The notes: a model not told the origin generated them from the sequence alone. DNA of 64,000 nt from the human T2T-CHM13v2.0 reference genome, Homo sapiens (GCF_009914755.1 NC_060926.1), one strand, 5' to 3'; counted from the stretch's first letter, positions 26,773 through 40,357 are shown. Numbers and translations are program-made.

Positions 26773-27908
26773 AAATGCTAGTGGAAAGAGTGGTGACTAG
26801 TTATCAGAATCCCTGTTCTAGTCCAGACCCTGCTGTTGACCCGCTGTGTGGGAGGTGCTTTGCTTCTCTGGGCTGTTCTTTTCTCAACTCTGCAATGGGA
26901 GGATTCAACTTGATGGTCATCAAGATGTCTCTTGGTGCCAGTACGTGCTAGTTCTATGATTCTCCTCTTGGCATCATTATCCTGAAATGTTAATCACTAA
27001 CACTGAAAAAAATAGATATCCTCATGTAGTTTAGATTTAAATCTTAAAAGAGGCACAGAAATTTGTGCCTTGTCTTTGAGGCAGGTCCCTTTCAAGGAGG
27101 TTGAGCTCCACAAATCATTCAATTCTCTGAAGACTCCAGGGGGTTTGCTCCGTGGCTTAGCATAATACAGTTCTATCTTTCTAGCACAACTATGGCCATT
27201 ATTTTCTGCAACTGTTTCACGTTTAGATCCAAATCATCTTTTTCTCTGTTATCAAAGGCATTTCTCATTTTGATCCACCAGTGCTGCTGCAGTTATTTTA
27301 TTACTTTTAACTTCAAAAACAGATGTTCAAGGTTGATTGTACTTGTTGGTCTTGATCTCTTATTGCAAATCAATGTAAAAATAGAGTAAGTCTTTTCTAA
27401 AAGCTGGAATAATTCATGAACCAAGGAAACACTGATGTAGAACAACTGCCCTCAAGATTACCCAGAGAACGTCCTGGTTTGAAATGCTGCTACAGGCATG
27501 TAATCTTGGACTTTTCTTTGATCCCATCAAAGCAGAAAGCAAGCTGGGGTTTGGGAGGTGGTTTCCAACACCAGCTACCATCAGGAAATCTGCTGATTCA
27601 GTGTCATGAATGTCTATTCAACCTCACCTTAGACAAACAGGACTCATTTTCAAGAGGTGCAGTAAAAGAAAAAGTCCCTATTTATTTGGTTATGTCAATG
27701 AGATAGGATGGTTCATTGAAGATTTGAAGACTACTAGTTAGAAATAATTCCTATTCTTTTTTTTTTTAACGACAAGACTCTTTTTCTAGGTAAAATAACC
27801 TCAAGTGTGATGCCCTATAACTGTATTAGCAAAACCTGTGGATTAAATGTAAATTATACCTGGATTCTCTCTGATGCATATGAAACACTGCATTATTGAA
27901 AGACTTAC

Positions 27909-28115
27909 TTCGTTCATAATTTTTGCATTATTCTGGGCCAAAACCATGTTCATCGAGTCCATGAGTGTGGAATACTTCAAAGTGTCTGGGTGCTGGCGGT
28001 ACTTCTTTTCACTAATAATCTCCATGGCTTTCTTGTTTTTCTCTGCTTCCAGGGAGCCCAGAGGGAGCCATCCAATGCCCTTCATGAAGTCAGCATAGTC
28101 AGCCTTGTACTGATT
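27909..28115 (-). CDS. NEB: Nebulin exon 46 (207 nt)
   Basis: NQYKADYADFMKGIGW...KIMNE; AG/GT boundaries. Confidence 0.96.
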
Positions 28116-29321
28116 CTGCAAAAGAGGAAAAATTAAATTATGAGAAGAAACTGGAACTTCCCAAGAATCCTAAGTGTGTGTTTAACATTCTGTAACTTCC
28201 ATTTCATTTGTAAATTTTCTGTAACTTTTCCACTTCAATATTTGCTTGAATATTGGTATTTAACCAATAGCATGTTGAACTTCAACCATTTCTTCCCTAA
28301 ACTTTTATCCTTTTTATATTTCCTTGCATGATAAATTAAAAATAAGCAGAAATGTCTTTGTGACTTGTTTTTCTCAATGCCTTCATAAAGAAAAAGTACT
28401 AAGAAATACCACATAGATTCATCTCCCAGGTGACTGTTATCTCCTTGAGAAAAGCAACTATGCTGACCTTTCTTATAAAAATTCCCAAGTCCCCTTGGTT
28501 AACAGATGACTATGGAAACCCCATTTTTCTCTTTCACTGTCTTTGATCAACCACCACCATTACAATTCCCTCAGGTATGCCAGAAACCTTCCTGGTACTT
28601 TGTGTAAATTTCATTTTTTCCTCCTCAGCTTTGACATTTCTCTCTACACCTGTGCCATGGCTGCTTTCATTCAGGCACTTACTACCTCCCTGACAATTAA
28701 TAGCTCAGCCCTCACATTCCCAAAGAGAAATGTAGCCTTGCTTTCGTCTGCTTTGGGTTTGTAACTTAATTCACCTCTCCAACCATCAAATGGACTCTTT
28801 AGCTAAATTCTTGGCTCTATTCTTTCTCTGTCTTCCTTATATTTAGTCTAAAGGCTGCCTCAGTCATCACCTTCTCAAAATTTCATTAGTAAGGCAGGCA
28901 ATTGCAAAGTTAGAAGTGGTAGAATGAAACCCGGTTGGGAGGGAGGGGCTGGAGCTATCAGGTTATCTGATTTCTTACTTTCCCTTTTATTCCTCTATTA
29001 AAAGCCTATTATGCTTTTGACCATCTTTGCTAGACATATTCCTTTCAATACACTCTTTCTGAAATGAAGTTCCATTTGCTGTTGTGGAATTCAGAATCCA
29101 ACAATGCTCCCAGCAACAATAGTAGAAAACAAGACTTTAGTTTCTAGAATTGATCTCCTTTTGTTAAAGGACATGAATTCAATCTAAGGTAACAAATGAA
29201 ACACTATGTTGGGAAATTGCAGATGAATTTCTTTCAGGATTTTCAAAACGTCATTGCTTATGGTCACTCATGGTTGCTTATTATCCAGAGTAAACGCTCT
29301 GCAAATGTGGTTTTCACGTAC

Positions 29322-29633
29322 ATCACTTTGAATCTGCATCATATTTTTGGCCAATTCAAAGCTCATGGCATCAGGAAGCATGTTGTAGGTATGGATCACG
29401 TTCCTGTAGTTGGCATTGGTGGCCACTTCCTGAGACTTCTTGGCTGCCACCACACTGAGCATGTCCACCGGGGTGTGGAAGGAGGTCTTGGATTTCTCAT
29501 ATCCCTTCTTGTATTCCCGGTCTGACTGCATCTTGGCCACTTGCATGAAGTGCACCAGCTTGGGGTCATCTTCCAGGCTCCGGAAGCCAATGTGTTTCCC
29601 TTTGGCTTGTTCATAGGCTTTCTTGTATTTGTA
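29322..29633 (-). CDS. NEB: Nebulin exon 45 (312 nt)
   Basis: [16 protein letters not shown]...MQIQSD; GTACGT donor. Confidence 0.96.
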
Positions 29634-30273
29634 CTGTGGACAGAGAAGAAATTATGGTGATGAAAATGGTAAAAGAGAACAAAGTACCATTTGCTAGGTG
29701 ATGTGAGCTTTGTCTTAGATGAAGGGTTTTAGAGCTACTCTAAAATTGGAAGGGAGGCACTCGTGAGAGGGAGGGAGCAAACTCTTTTTACTTCATTTTT
29801 TTTTTCCCGAGACTTGAGTCCATGGAAAGAAAATAATCTCAGAGTTAATCGAAGAGATGTGTAAATAAATTGGTTTAGAGAGATTTAGAAAGCAGATTTC
29901 CCCACTCAGTTGTCTAAGTGACAGAAAAGGCTGCAGGCAGGATTTCTCATGGTGCATCTTTAAAGAGAGGGCCTGGCCATGGGCCTCCTGGTAAAACACG
30001 TAGATTGCATCTTTACATTTGCTTAGGATTGTAAGTGATTTGAATAGACTCTAAAGGCTACTTATTTTAACAAGACTCAGTCACTACTTACATTAAATAA
30101 TGAACAGATGATTAGAGGGTACTTGGATGGGGTGAAGGGAGGTGTCTTGTGTCACATGGGATGGCATTCCCACCAACCCTGAATGGAGCTGACCACTGCT
30201 CCTACATACACACAAGCTTAGCGCATTTGTTCTTACTTGCTCAACCCCAAAAAGGCCCAGTGCAAGCACTTAC

Positions 30274-30381
30274 ATCACTGGCAATGTCTCTAGAGGCTCT
30301 TGCAGCCTTTATTGCAATGGCATCAGGCCTCAGGTCATATCCTTTCTTCTTTTCCTCTTCCCAGCCAGCTTTGTACAGTTT
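30274..30381 (-). CDS. NEB: Nebulin exon 44 (108 nt)
   Basis: [17 protein letters not shown]...RDIASD; AG/GT boundaries. Confidence 0.96.
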
Positions 30382-30531
30382 CTAAACAATAAAATAGAAA
30401 AACAACAGCATCTTGTTATTGGGGTTAGAATAGAGGTCCTGACTACAAAGTGGTTGGTATGTAGAATGCAGACATAAGTATCAGTTCCCTTTAACCTTCT
30501 CCCCAGCTTTTGCTGTTGTTAACCTACTTAC

Positions 30532-30636
30532 ATCACTCATGGTGATTTGGTTTACTCTGGAGAGTAAAATATCCGGTGTGTCAGGCATGACATGAATGGT
30601 GGTCTTGTCCTTGTTCCATTTTTCAGTGTAGAGCCT
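30532..30636 (-). CDS. NEB: Nebulin exon 43 (105 nt)
   Basis: RLYTEKWNKDKTTIHVMPD...QITMSD; AG/GT boundaries. Confidence 0.96.
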
Positions 30637-31105
30637 CTGCAATGAGAAAGTCAGGTGCATGATTTTACAGCAGGACAAGTTTGACCCAATGCTAGCAAGA
30701 GGAAGAGATTTACAACTCCATGGTAAAAGAGGTTAAATGGATATTAGAAAATGGATGAAATAACAAAAAGATGGGCCAAGTAAACTAAATACACAATAAG
30801 AAAAAAATTGTTGAATACGGCAACCCTCTACCACCAAAGCACCAAATACCATCTTGCCCCCACCGCACAACCATGTGGAGTTTTGTGGTTCTGTCACATT
30901 CTTAACATGCTGTTGAGAGATGATCTGAGGGGTCACTATGAAAGAGAACGCTCTAAACATAATGGAAGCAATAGAGTCCCCCTCCCACCACCGGCACGAA
31001 GACGATCAGAAAGAAACACTGTAGGAGACGATTGGGGCACTGCCAGGCTCAATGTCATGAACACCATGAGGGTTCCCTGGGCGAGGCTGGCAGGTGAGTC
31101 CTTAC

Positions 31106-31312
31106 CTTGTCCATGTTCAGTTTGTTACTCTTGTTAAGTGCCTGTTCCATTGTGTCCATGGCGTAAGTGAACTTCAGCTTCTCGGGGTGCTGGCGATACT
31201 TCTTCTCACTAAGAATCTCTCCTGCTTTCTTTGCCTTCTCCACCTCCAGGGACTCTATGGGCACCCAGCCGATCCCTTTCATCCAATTGGTGAAGTCAGA
31301 TTTGTACAGATT
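31106..31312 (-). CDS. NEB: Nebulin exon 42 (207 nt)
   Basis: [16 protein letters not shown]...LNMDK; AAG acceptor, GTAAGG donor. Confidence 0.95.
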
Positions 31313-31862
31313 CTTTACAATGAGAAAAAAAATTTCATTTCAGAAAGAGTCAGGGCTTGTGTTTCTTTGGCTATGTGATTTACTTACAATCAAAAAGAAA
31401 AAGAGAAGCTGGGAGGGGGAGAATAATCTGCTTTTTACTCCCTACAGTCTTTCAGAAGAAATTAATTATAAAAATAATTGCATTCATAGTGGTTTTGAAC
31501 AGGAAATCCTGACCCAGCAATTCCTTTAACAAGTTAACTTTCTTGAGGAAAATAAATGAAAAATTAACAGAATTTTGCACTGGAAGGAAAATTATATAAC
31601 ATCTATCTGAGCCTCCTAATTTTTCATAGACAACATCATATGTTTGGGTCTAATACCAACATTTTAAATATATTTGTATGCATATATATAAAATTAACAA
31701 CAAAGCCACCTATAGTTCAAATGAGTGAAATCCTAAAACTCTGAGTTCTGGAGGGAATCCTTAATTACAGTGAGTGCAGCCAGGTGTGGGATGGAGTAAG
31801 TGGCTCCTGTTTTTTCCTCCCACCCATTAGAAATGGATAACAACTTGGTAACCAGTACATAC

Positions 31863-32174
31863 ATCACTCTGAATCTGCATGGCATTCCTGGAGTGCTCCA
31901 CATTCAAGGCATCGGGCAGGAGAGTGTAGTGGTGGTATGACTGTCTGTAGTTGGCGTTGGTGGCAACCTCCTGAGATTTCTTTGCAGCTGTCACACTGAC
32001 CATATCCAGAGGTGTGTGGTACTTGGTCTTGCTGGCTTCATAGCCCTTTTTGTACTCACGATCAGACTGGATTTTGGCCACATTCATGTAGTGAACCAGT
32101 TTAGGATCATCCTGAAGACTGAGAAATCCAACTTGCTTGCCTTTGGCTTTCTCGTAGGCCTCCTTATATTTGCA
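31863..32174 (-). CDS. NEB: Nebulin exon 41 (312 nt)
   Basis: [16 protein letters not shown]...MQIQSD; AG/GT boundaries. Confidence 0.96.
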
Positions 32175-32476
32175 CTATTTGAAAACAAAGGGCAAACAGA
32201 AGTTGGCTAGCATAGAAGTCTGATATAAACTGAATTTATACAACAAATTAAGCAAAAGCCAACTTCAGTCTGAATCTAGGTAACATCGAAGTTTTTTTTT
32301 GTATTTTAAAATAAACAATTAGCAAAATATTTTTAATGGCTCATCTTGAGACCTGCCCTGGAGATCATTAAAAATGGAATAATGGAATAGTTTATATTAA
32401 TACTCTTCATAAGTAGATTATTTGAATATACTCAAAGGTTCCTGAGAAGTTGGCTTATGAAGCATTTGATGTACGC

Positions 32477-32633
32477 TTTTTTTGTTTTTTGGTTTTTTTG
32501 TTGAGACAGGGTCTTGCTCTGTCCCCCAGGCTAGAGTGCAATGGTGCAGTCATGACTCCCTGCAGCCTCTGGGGCCCTCCCTCCTCAGCTTCCCAAAGTG
32601 CTAGGATTAGACGTGTGAGCCACCATGTCTGGT
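32477..32633 (-). mobile_element. Internally deleted Alu
   Basis: Start of the right arm joined directly to the end of the left arm. Confidence 0.8.
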
Positions 32634-32866
32634 CAATGTATGCTTTTTTATGACTATATTTCCATTATTAATTTGTATTACCTTAAAACGTATTTGTATG
32701 AGTAAATTTCAGCCCTAATACAAATTAGTGTATTAATCTTGAAATTAATGCCTTTTTTCTCTATCAAGGCATTTATTATGTCAATTCATATAGGAATATA
32801 ACTTAATTTGTAAAAAAAAAAATTAACTAAAATCCTGTTATGTAATTAACTAAAATCCTGTTATAT

Positions 32867-32951
32867 AATCCATGGAAATAGAAATACGAAAAACCAGAAA
32901 GAATCAGCAAAATATTTTTTCTGGTTTTCCATATTTCTATTTCCATGGATT
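32867..32951. repeat. 85-nt inverted repeat with 34-bp arms
   Basis: AATCCATGGAAATAGAAATACGAAAAACCAGAAA ... TTTCTGGTTTTCCATATTTCTATTTCCATGGATT; 2 mismatches. Confidence 0.95.
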
Positions 32952-33309
32952 TTTTTTCTTCATGGAAATTATAAAATTAAAACACTGAATTATTTTAAAA
33001 TACTTGGAGACTTTTCTAATTTAGTGATATTTTAGTATATCATGACTTTTTTCATGACAAAATCCAAATAAAAAGTGGTTTTTAAGTTCATAACAATGAT
33101 ACTAATGAAAGTTTTAAGTACGTCACAGTTTTTAAAAAAGAATTTTCTTCTAACAACTTTATTAAGCTTTTAAATATGTGAAAAATATTTTAAGTGAGGC
33201 AATATAAATAACGTAATTGGCAATTAGGATTTTAGGAAATATTTTTATATTATAATTTCTTTACTTGCTTCTTTATGTAGTTGATACAATCTTATACATC
33301 ACATATAGA

Positions 33310-33532
33310 TTTTTTTTTCTTTTTTAGAGATGGGATCTCACTCTATCACCCAGGCTGGAGTGCAATCACAGCTCACTGCAGCTTCAAACTCCTGGGTTAA
33401 AGAGATCCTCCCATCTCAGCCTCTCAAATAGTTGGAACTACAGGTACACGCCACCACATCTGGCTAATTTTTTTTTTTATTTCTGTAGAGACAGGGTCTT
33501 GCTATGTTGCCCAGGCTGGTCTTGAACTCCTG
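33310..33532 (-). mobile_element. AluJ, partial
   Basis: Poly-T, right arm, linker and part of the left arm. Confidence 0.88.
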
Positions 33533-33576
33533 AAGTCTTTTAGATAGAAAGTTTCCTACTTTTAAGTTAGACTTAC

Positions 33577-33684
33577 ATCACTAGCAATATTCCTTGAACT
33601 TTTTGCAGCAACAATTGGGATGGCATCTGGTCTCAAATCATAGCCCTTGGCAATGGTTTTCTTCCAATCTGCTTTATAATGAGC
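33577..33684 (-). CDS. NEB: Nebulin exon 40 (108 nt)
   Basis: [17 protein letters not shown]...RNIASD; AAG acceptor. Confidence 0.95.
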
Positions 33685-34799
33685 CTTCAAAAAAGTAGAG
33701 GTTATTTTATTATTTGACATCATTAAAAGAGGAATGAAACAGAATGCCAAAATGTTTCTTATAAAACATGTCGTAATAGATCCCTTTCTATTAAGACAAT
33801 CTATGAAGTTAGGACTATTAGTTTGTCTTTTATGTATATAATTGATTTTATTTAAAAGGATCAGTAAACTGTATACACAGTATAATCTCAACTGATCAAA
33901 AAATGTATATGCTTGCATAACAAAGCAACAGAAAGGTAATGCTTTGACTGTTGGATAACAGAAGGTTTTCATTTATTTGTCATAATTTTCTATATTTTCC
34001 AACTTTTCTATAATAAATATATAATACTTTTGGAAAAACGTTTCTTGTAATGAAGCATTTCAAGCTTATAGGAAGATATGAATACTAAAACTAAAAATCC
34101 AGATGTAGTACAACTCAGCTTTAATTGATCTTAATGCTTAAATATTACTTAGAAAAATCTTTCCCCTTAATGAAACAAAAGCACAGGAATGTATAGTTGG
34201 ATATGAAACAGAGCCTAAAAACATTGGAAAGAATGAATAAGCCATCTTTTAAAAAATTAACAATTTTATCCAAGTTTTATTATGTTTTTAAATTAGGATT
34301 TATCAATATCCTTTTTTTAAAAAAGGAAACAATTCATAATAGTGGATTTAAACATTACCACCAATTAGATGTCTAGACCACTCAAGAGAAAGGCTAGTTA
34401 CATACAAAAAAAGATTTTGTGAAGAAAACTAAACTTTTTTGGATGTTTTAATAAATAATTAAAAGTTGTAAAAAGCAATGTTTTCCATACTACAGACTAG
34501 GCACTCTTGTGTTTTCCAATCTTGTCTGTCTCATGTTCCATTTTTTTTTTAAATGGGACACAACTTACTTGACTGACTTTACAACCCACTAATAAGCCAC
34601 AGCCCATAGTCTGGAAAAGCCTGTATTAAGCAAAATTTTATTGCCGCCCCCTAGGCTCATGTTGCATGGTTAAGGGTTTAATGTGGAGGCTCAGGGTCCA
34701 CACTGAATTGCGCCCCCTACAATTCTCAGAGCAAGAGTTGCAAAGAACCAGAAAGGAGAGGCCCGCATACGCAATATTAGCACTGGGCCAAATACTCAC

Positions 34800-34904
34800 A
34801 TCACTCATGTTGAGGGCGTTGACTTTGGCTTGAATAAACTGAGGCAATTCAGGGTCAATAGTATACTTGTGCTTCAGTTTCTCTCCCTCTACCTTGTAGT
34901 TCAA
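34800..34904 (-). CDS. NEB: Nebulin exon 39 (105 nt)
   Basis: LNYKVEGEKLKHKYTID...ALNMSD; AG/GT boundaries. Confidence 0.96.
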
Positions 34905-35069
34905 CTAAAAACAAAGGAGACAGCATGCACATATCATTAGCTGACATAATATAAATTTCATCAAGCAGAGACTCCTTTAAAACGGAAGGCTATCATTTGT
35001 GTTTTCCATTTACGAGACAAATACCTACTCTGTCATAAGGGAGGGGCCCTGGTAGATGCATTTATGTTC

Positions 35070-35840
35070 CCATTCTACCAGTATTTATTGGACAGCACTG
35101 TGGGCCAGGCAGGGTGGTAAGTTCTGTGTTTAAAGAGGTGAGGAAGGCATATCTGTCCTGTTGGAGCTTACTGTCCAATAGAAAGGACAGACATAAAACA
35201 TGTAAACTACAAACTATCACTAGAATTTGTGATGTGTTGTCAATGGAATCATTGTAGCAAAGAAACAAGGATGGTCAGTAAAGCCACTCTGCAGAGGTAA
35301 CATTTACACTCAAACTTGGAGAGAGGGGCAGAGGAAGAGCATTCGGGACCTGAGGCTGGAAATGGCCTGGCCACCTTGAGGAAATGAAAGCAGTCCAAGT
35401 CACAGGGCTGGAATGTGCCTGGGTAGACGTGGGGGTGGAGCAGTATTAGACAGAAGGTGCAGAAGGGCCACAGAGAAGAGGGTCTTTTGTCAAGTTGATG
35501 AGTTTAGATTTCACTTCACATTCAAGAAATTCCTAAGAGGTTTTACACATAAGAGGGACATGATTTGATTCGTGTTTTAAGACAGGCTCTTGCGATTGTT
35601 TGAGACCTCAGGCAGGGAGTCCAGATAACAGGTTATTGCAGTTGTCCACACGAGCCATACAGAAGCTGGAAGTAGGGTTGGTGGCATTTGAGAGCAGACT
35701 GGCTGAGAGATATTTAGGAAGCTGACTCAGCAGAGGTACTGCATGTGGGAGTTCACACAGGGAGGTGTTAACCGTGACTGCCAAGTTTCCAGCTTGAGTA
35801 ACGAGGTAGATGTTGATGGCATTTATTGTGATGTGGAAGA
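35070..35840 (+). mobile_element. L2 fragment
   Basis: Purine-rich L2-like text (gagtttagatttcact...gacatgatttgattcgtgttttaa...gactgccaagtttccagcttgagtaac). Confidence 0.6.
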
Positions 35841-36190
35841 CTTTATATAGTGAGTGTACAGTTTGCCTAGCTAACTGGAAAAACACCATGAGAAGTGACA
35901 TCTCGCTCAGTACAAAAGAAAAAGAATTGACACCAGTTATTACTCCTAAGATAGAATTAACCCTTAGACATCTGTGATAATGTGGGGGCAGGAGCTAAAA
36001 TCCATAGATCTTCAAATCCAAGGCAAGCAAAGCATTTCCCCACCTTCCAAAATCTGGGGCTAAAATACAAAAAGTCTTTCTTTGCTTTTTACTTACCCGT
36101 CTCTTTCTGGTGGAGGCATTTTAACAGAACTCTAAAATTAACAAGTCATGTGAGGCCCTGAGCATTGTAATTCGCTTCTGACAGAAAGAA

Positions 36191-36310
36191 TAAGAGTCCA
36201 TACAGACGTGTCTCAGAATGAGACATACAGACGTGTCTCAGAATGAGACATACAGACGTGGTATGAGTCCACGGTGTAAGAGTCCATACAGACGTGGTCT
36301 CAGAATGAGA
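36191..36310. repeat. Complex 25-bp minisatellite with hairpin unit
   Basis: CATACAGACGTGTCTCAGAATGAGA x2.5 plus one further variant copy. Confidence 0.92.
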
Positions 36311-36795
36311 TCCCAGATGACTGCAAATAAACTGCTTATCTCCTCCCTAGAGGCCTCATTCTAAGATTGCCTCTCAGAACATGGAGCTATTATGCGAGGG
36401 GATTAGGACATTATGCCTCTTCCCTATGTGGCTAGGTAGAAATATTGCAACCAAGAGCAATAAATAGCTTGTTTTGCAATTCATACAGAGCCACAGATAA
36501 TGATAGTAATAATGTTATTTCATATGTATAATGCGTATCTGCTTATGAATAGCACAGGCTCTCTACATTTGGAAAACAAAGCAAATTTGGAATAGTCCCC
36601 CATTTTCATCTCCCTGTTTTTCCCATGTTCAAGATCCCAGTTGCCTCAAAAGGCAGCCCTTTCTCTCATACCTATGAAAGCAGTTTATTTGCTAACATAG
36701 ATGCATCCTCACACATTGAATTAAGAAGGACGGAGGAGCGGCTCAGACACGTGTGGTTATTTACGGGCAAATCATTTTGAAAGGAAAGCACTCAC

Positions 36796-37002
36796 ATCAC
36801 TTAGCTGCTTTGTGTTATGCTGAGCCAACATCATGCCCATGGAATCAGGCACACTTGTGAACTTGACGGTATCTGGGTGCTGTCGATACTTCCTCTCATT
36901 TAATGCATCGCCTGCTTTCTTGACCTTCTCCACCTCCAGGGAACCAATAGGGATCCATCCGATGCCCTTCAAGAAGCTGTTATACTCGTCTTTATACACA
37001 TT
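36796..37002 (-). CDS. NEB: Nebulin exon 38 (207 nt)
   Basis: [16 protein letters not shown]...KQLSD; AG/GT boundaries. Confidence 0.96.
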
Positions 37003-38142
37003 CTGTAAAAGGGTAAGCTAATATGAGAAGATACCCTGGAGAATATTCAAGGGATGTTTCTGGGATCTGCAATTCTATCCAAGGGAAATGAATAGCAACT
37101 CTTCAGCATGCTCATGTCTGACTGTCTGTCACAGAGCTTATCTGGAGTGTGGTAATAAGAAGAAGCTGTTCTGTTGTTAGAGTGCATTATACAACACAGA
37201 AGGGAATCTAGGTCACATATTTTCATGGGTACTGCTAAAAAAAATTTTGTCACTTTTGACAATAAATTGGTACTTTCTATAATGGTTGTTTATCTTAAAG
37301 CATTTTTTTTCAAGTCACTTACTGTATTATGAAGCCTAATAAAATAGAAATGATCATGCTTTAGACTGCATTATGCAACACAGAGGGGAATCCAGGTCAC
37401 TATGGGTGCTGCTAAAAAGCATTTTGTCACTTTTGACAATAAATTGGGCTTTCCTTTTGATTCCACTGAAGACTTCAAAACTAAATTACATCCATACTGT
37501 CCACCTAGGCTATGCTTGAGCTCATCTGGGGAGCAATATTTTTATCGAGTGCCAATAAATGTATAACACTTCTTTCCTTTACAGAGGACAATTCTAACAG
37601 AAATCTGGCTCCTGCAGCAGGAGAGGCTCTGAATGTTAAACACCTTTCCATGCAACTCTCCATGAATCATGTTGCAAGCACAAAACCTTCCTGGTTAATT
37701 TTAGATGACTCATTACAGAGATTTACATGGATGACATTGTGACCTTGAGTTAATAAAGGAAAAAAAAAAAACACCTTTCCCAAATTCAGGAAGGATAGAA
37801 AATTCTTCTATTTTTGCATTTTGTATCTATCACCATTGCAGCCAACCCATCAGGAATACCCATCTCCTCTTGCTGTGAATCAAAGTGGCTCTCATAGTTA
37901 GTGGAATATAGTTTTATCTTTTATCCATAAGTTAATAAAGACAGCATCAATAATTATGATATAAGCACAGAAAGCAGGCAAAAACAGCTTGTCTACCATG
38001 CCTTTGGTAGTCTTTCAGTAATGGTTGTTTATTCTAAAGTGCATTTGTCAAATAGCTGACTGTAGTATGAAGTCTAATAAAAGCGAGAAGTGATCATCCT
38101 TTAAGTGCAAACATCTCTGGGTCTGTTGTTACACATACTTAC

Positions 38143-38454
38143 ATCACTCTGAATTTGATTGACATTCCTCGTATGCTCAAGACTCATGGCGTCAGGTAGG
38201 TATGTGTAATGATGCAATGGCTGTTTGTAGTTGACATTGGTAGCGACATCCTGGGCCATCTTTGCAGCTGTGATGCTAACCATGTCCCCAGGGGTATGGT
38301 AGCTGGTTTTGGTGTTCTCATAGTTCTTCTTGTATTCACGATCAGACTGCAGCTTTGCCACATTCATATAGTGGACCAGCTTGGGATCATCCTGGAGGCT
38401 TCTGAAACCCACATGCTTTCCCTTTGACTTCTCATAAGCTTCCTTGTATTTATA
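38143..38454 (-). CDS. NEB: Nebulin exon 37 (312 nt)
   Basis: [16 protein letters not shown]...NQIQSD; AG/GT boundaries. Confidence 0.96.
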
Positions 38455-39294
38455 CTGTGGAGGCAGAATTGGGTTAGCAAAGTCCTAGGCATTGATAGCA
38501 TTAGCGCTGCAATTACATTCACATATAAAGACACTCAGAGCTTTGTGACTTTCTCAAGAGTGTACAAAAAATGCAAACCACAACCCCCTCCAAAAAGTTC
38601 AGTGAAAACATATATTGGAGTTACAAGTGAGTGTCACGATAAATTCAAGATCAGTTTATTTTCTTTGCTATGACTCCTACAGATAATTTGCATGTGGAAC
38701 TTTATTTTAAACAAACTGAATTTTCACACTTAATATGAACATGACACATTCTAAATATAAGGCCAATATCTCTTGGTTTCATAGGGTTTCATAGGTTTCG
38801 ATTTAATATGTTATTTACATCACAAATATGAGTACCAGCTATAGGATAGCTGGGCCTTCACTGACTCCTTTTATCAGCAGCTGCTTTCCAAGCTCACTGC
38901 TGAAACAGCTGCAAATAAATTAAGGAGCCACAGTAAGGACCTGCTGTGGGGTTTTCCCATCAATAAAAACCTAATGGAAAAAGTTCTGCTGTCCAAAGTC
39001 TCTCACTGCTGGAATCAGCAATGTGATATAAATTGGAGCAATCTTGTAACAGGTCAGAACCTCAACTGTTATGCAAGAGAATTCAAATCCACTTAAACCC
39101 TGCAGACTTTCAGCTCCTGCTATTTAAGCCTTAATTCATAAATAAGAGTTTAGCAGGCAAAAGGATCGTCAAGTAATTTCTAACATGTGAAAAATCACTG
39201 TGTAAGTGCTAAAAAAAAAAAAAGAAAAAAAAAGAATAAAGTTATACTGTAGACTTTCACTTTCTACTTAGACTAGAAATGTATTTCATAGTGA

Positions 39295-39730
<436 letters not shown>

Positions 39731-40249
39731 AAAATTTTGTTTTTCAAAGATGGAAAGGAGTAGAAGTGTATACTTTTTCTGTTACAGGAAATGGACATCA
39801 ATTTACATGAATCAAAATTATATCCTAAAAAAGTGGACTTTTCCCTCTTTGGTTTATAAAAATCTGTACATTTTATATAACATCTTTTCAATCTTTTTAA
39901 TACAATTATAATGCAGGCAGTCATTTGAATTTAATGTGGTAATGTCAGTCAGGGTGTTCCCACTGAAAATAAATGTGGGCTGTCAGGGAAATGTGTCAGT
40001 GAAGGTAATTTGGGCTATGAATCAAAGGAGAAAGCCACTGTCAGATTTATGACAGCTCTACCAAGTGGGGTCAACTGAAAAGAACCACAAAAATGTTTCT
40101 AAAAGTGACAGGTTTTTCCAAACAATATTTTGAGAATTTAAATGCCATTAATTTAACATATTTCTTTCAATAAGGTATCAATTTAAACAAGCATTTGATT
40201 ACTTTTCAAAAAGGCAAACACCTAAACTTCACCTAAAATTTGTACTCAC

Positions 40250-40357
40250 ATCACTGGCAATGTTTCTCGATGCCTTGGCTGCAGTGATGGGAATAGCATC
40301 GCCCAGCACATTGTTGCCCTTGGCTATTAAGTCATGCCAATCCCGTTTATAACAGAC
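40250..40357 (-). CDS. NEB: Nebulin exon 36 (108 nt)
   Basis: VCYKRDWHDLIAKGNNVLGDAIPITAAKASRNIASD; AG/GT boundaries. Confidence 0.96.

Noticed and set aside
36191-36310. Hairpin-containing short repeats resembling a CRISPR array
   Set aside because: Units are adjacent without unique spacers, there are no cas genes, and the DNA is a primate intron.
38870-39130. Paired CAGCTG E-boxes and an AT-rich element as a possible muscle enhancer
   Set aside because: Short motifs expected by chance and no full MEF2 consensus; would need chromatin data.
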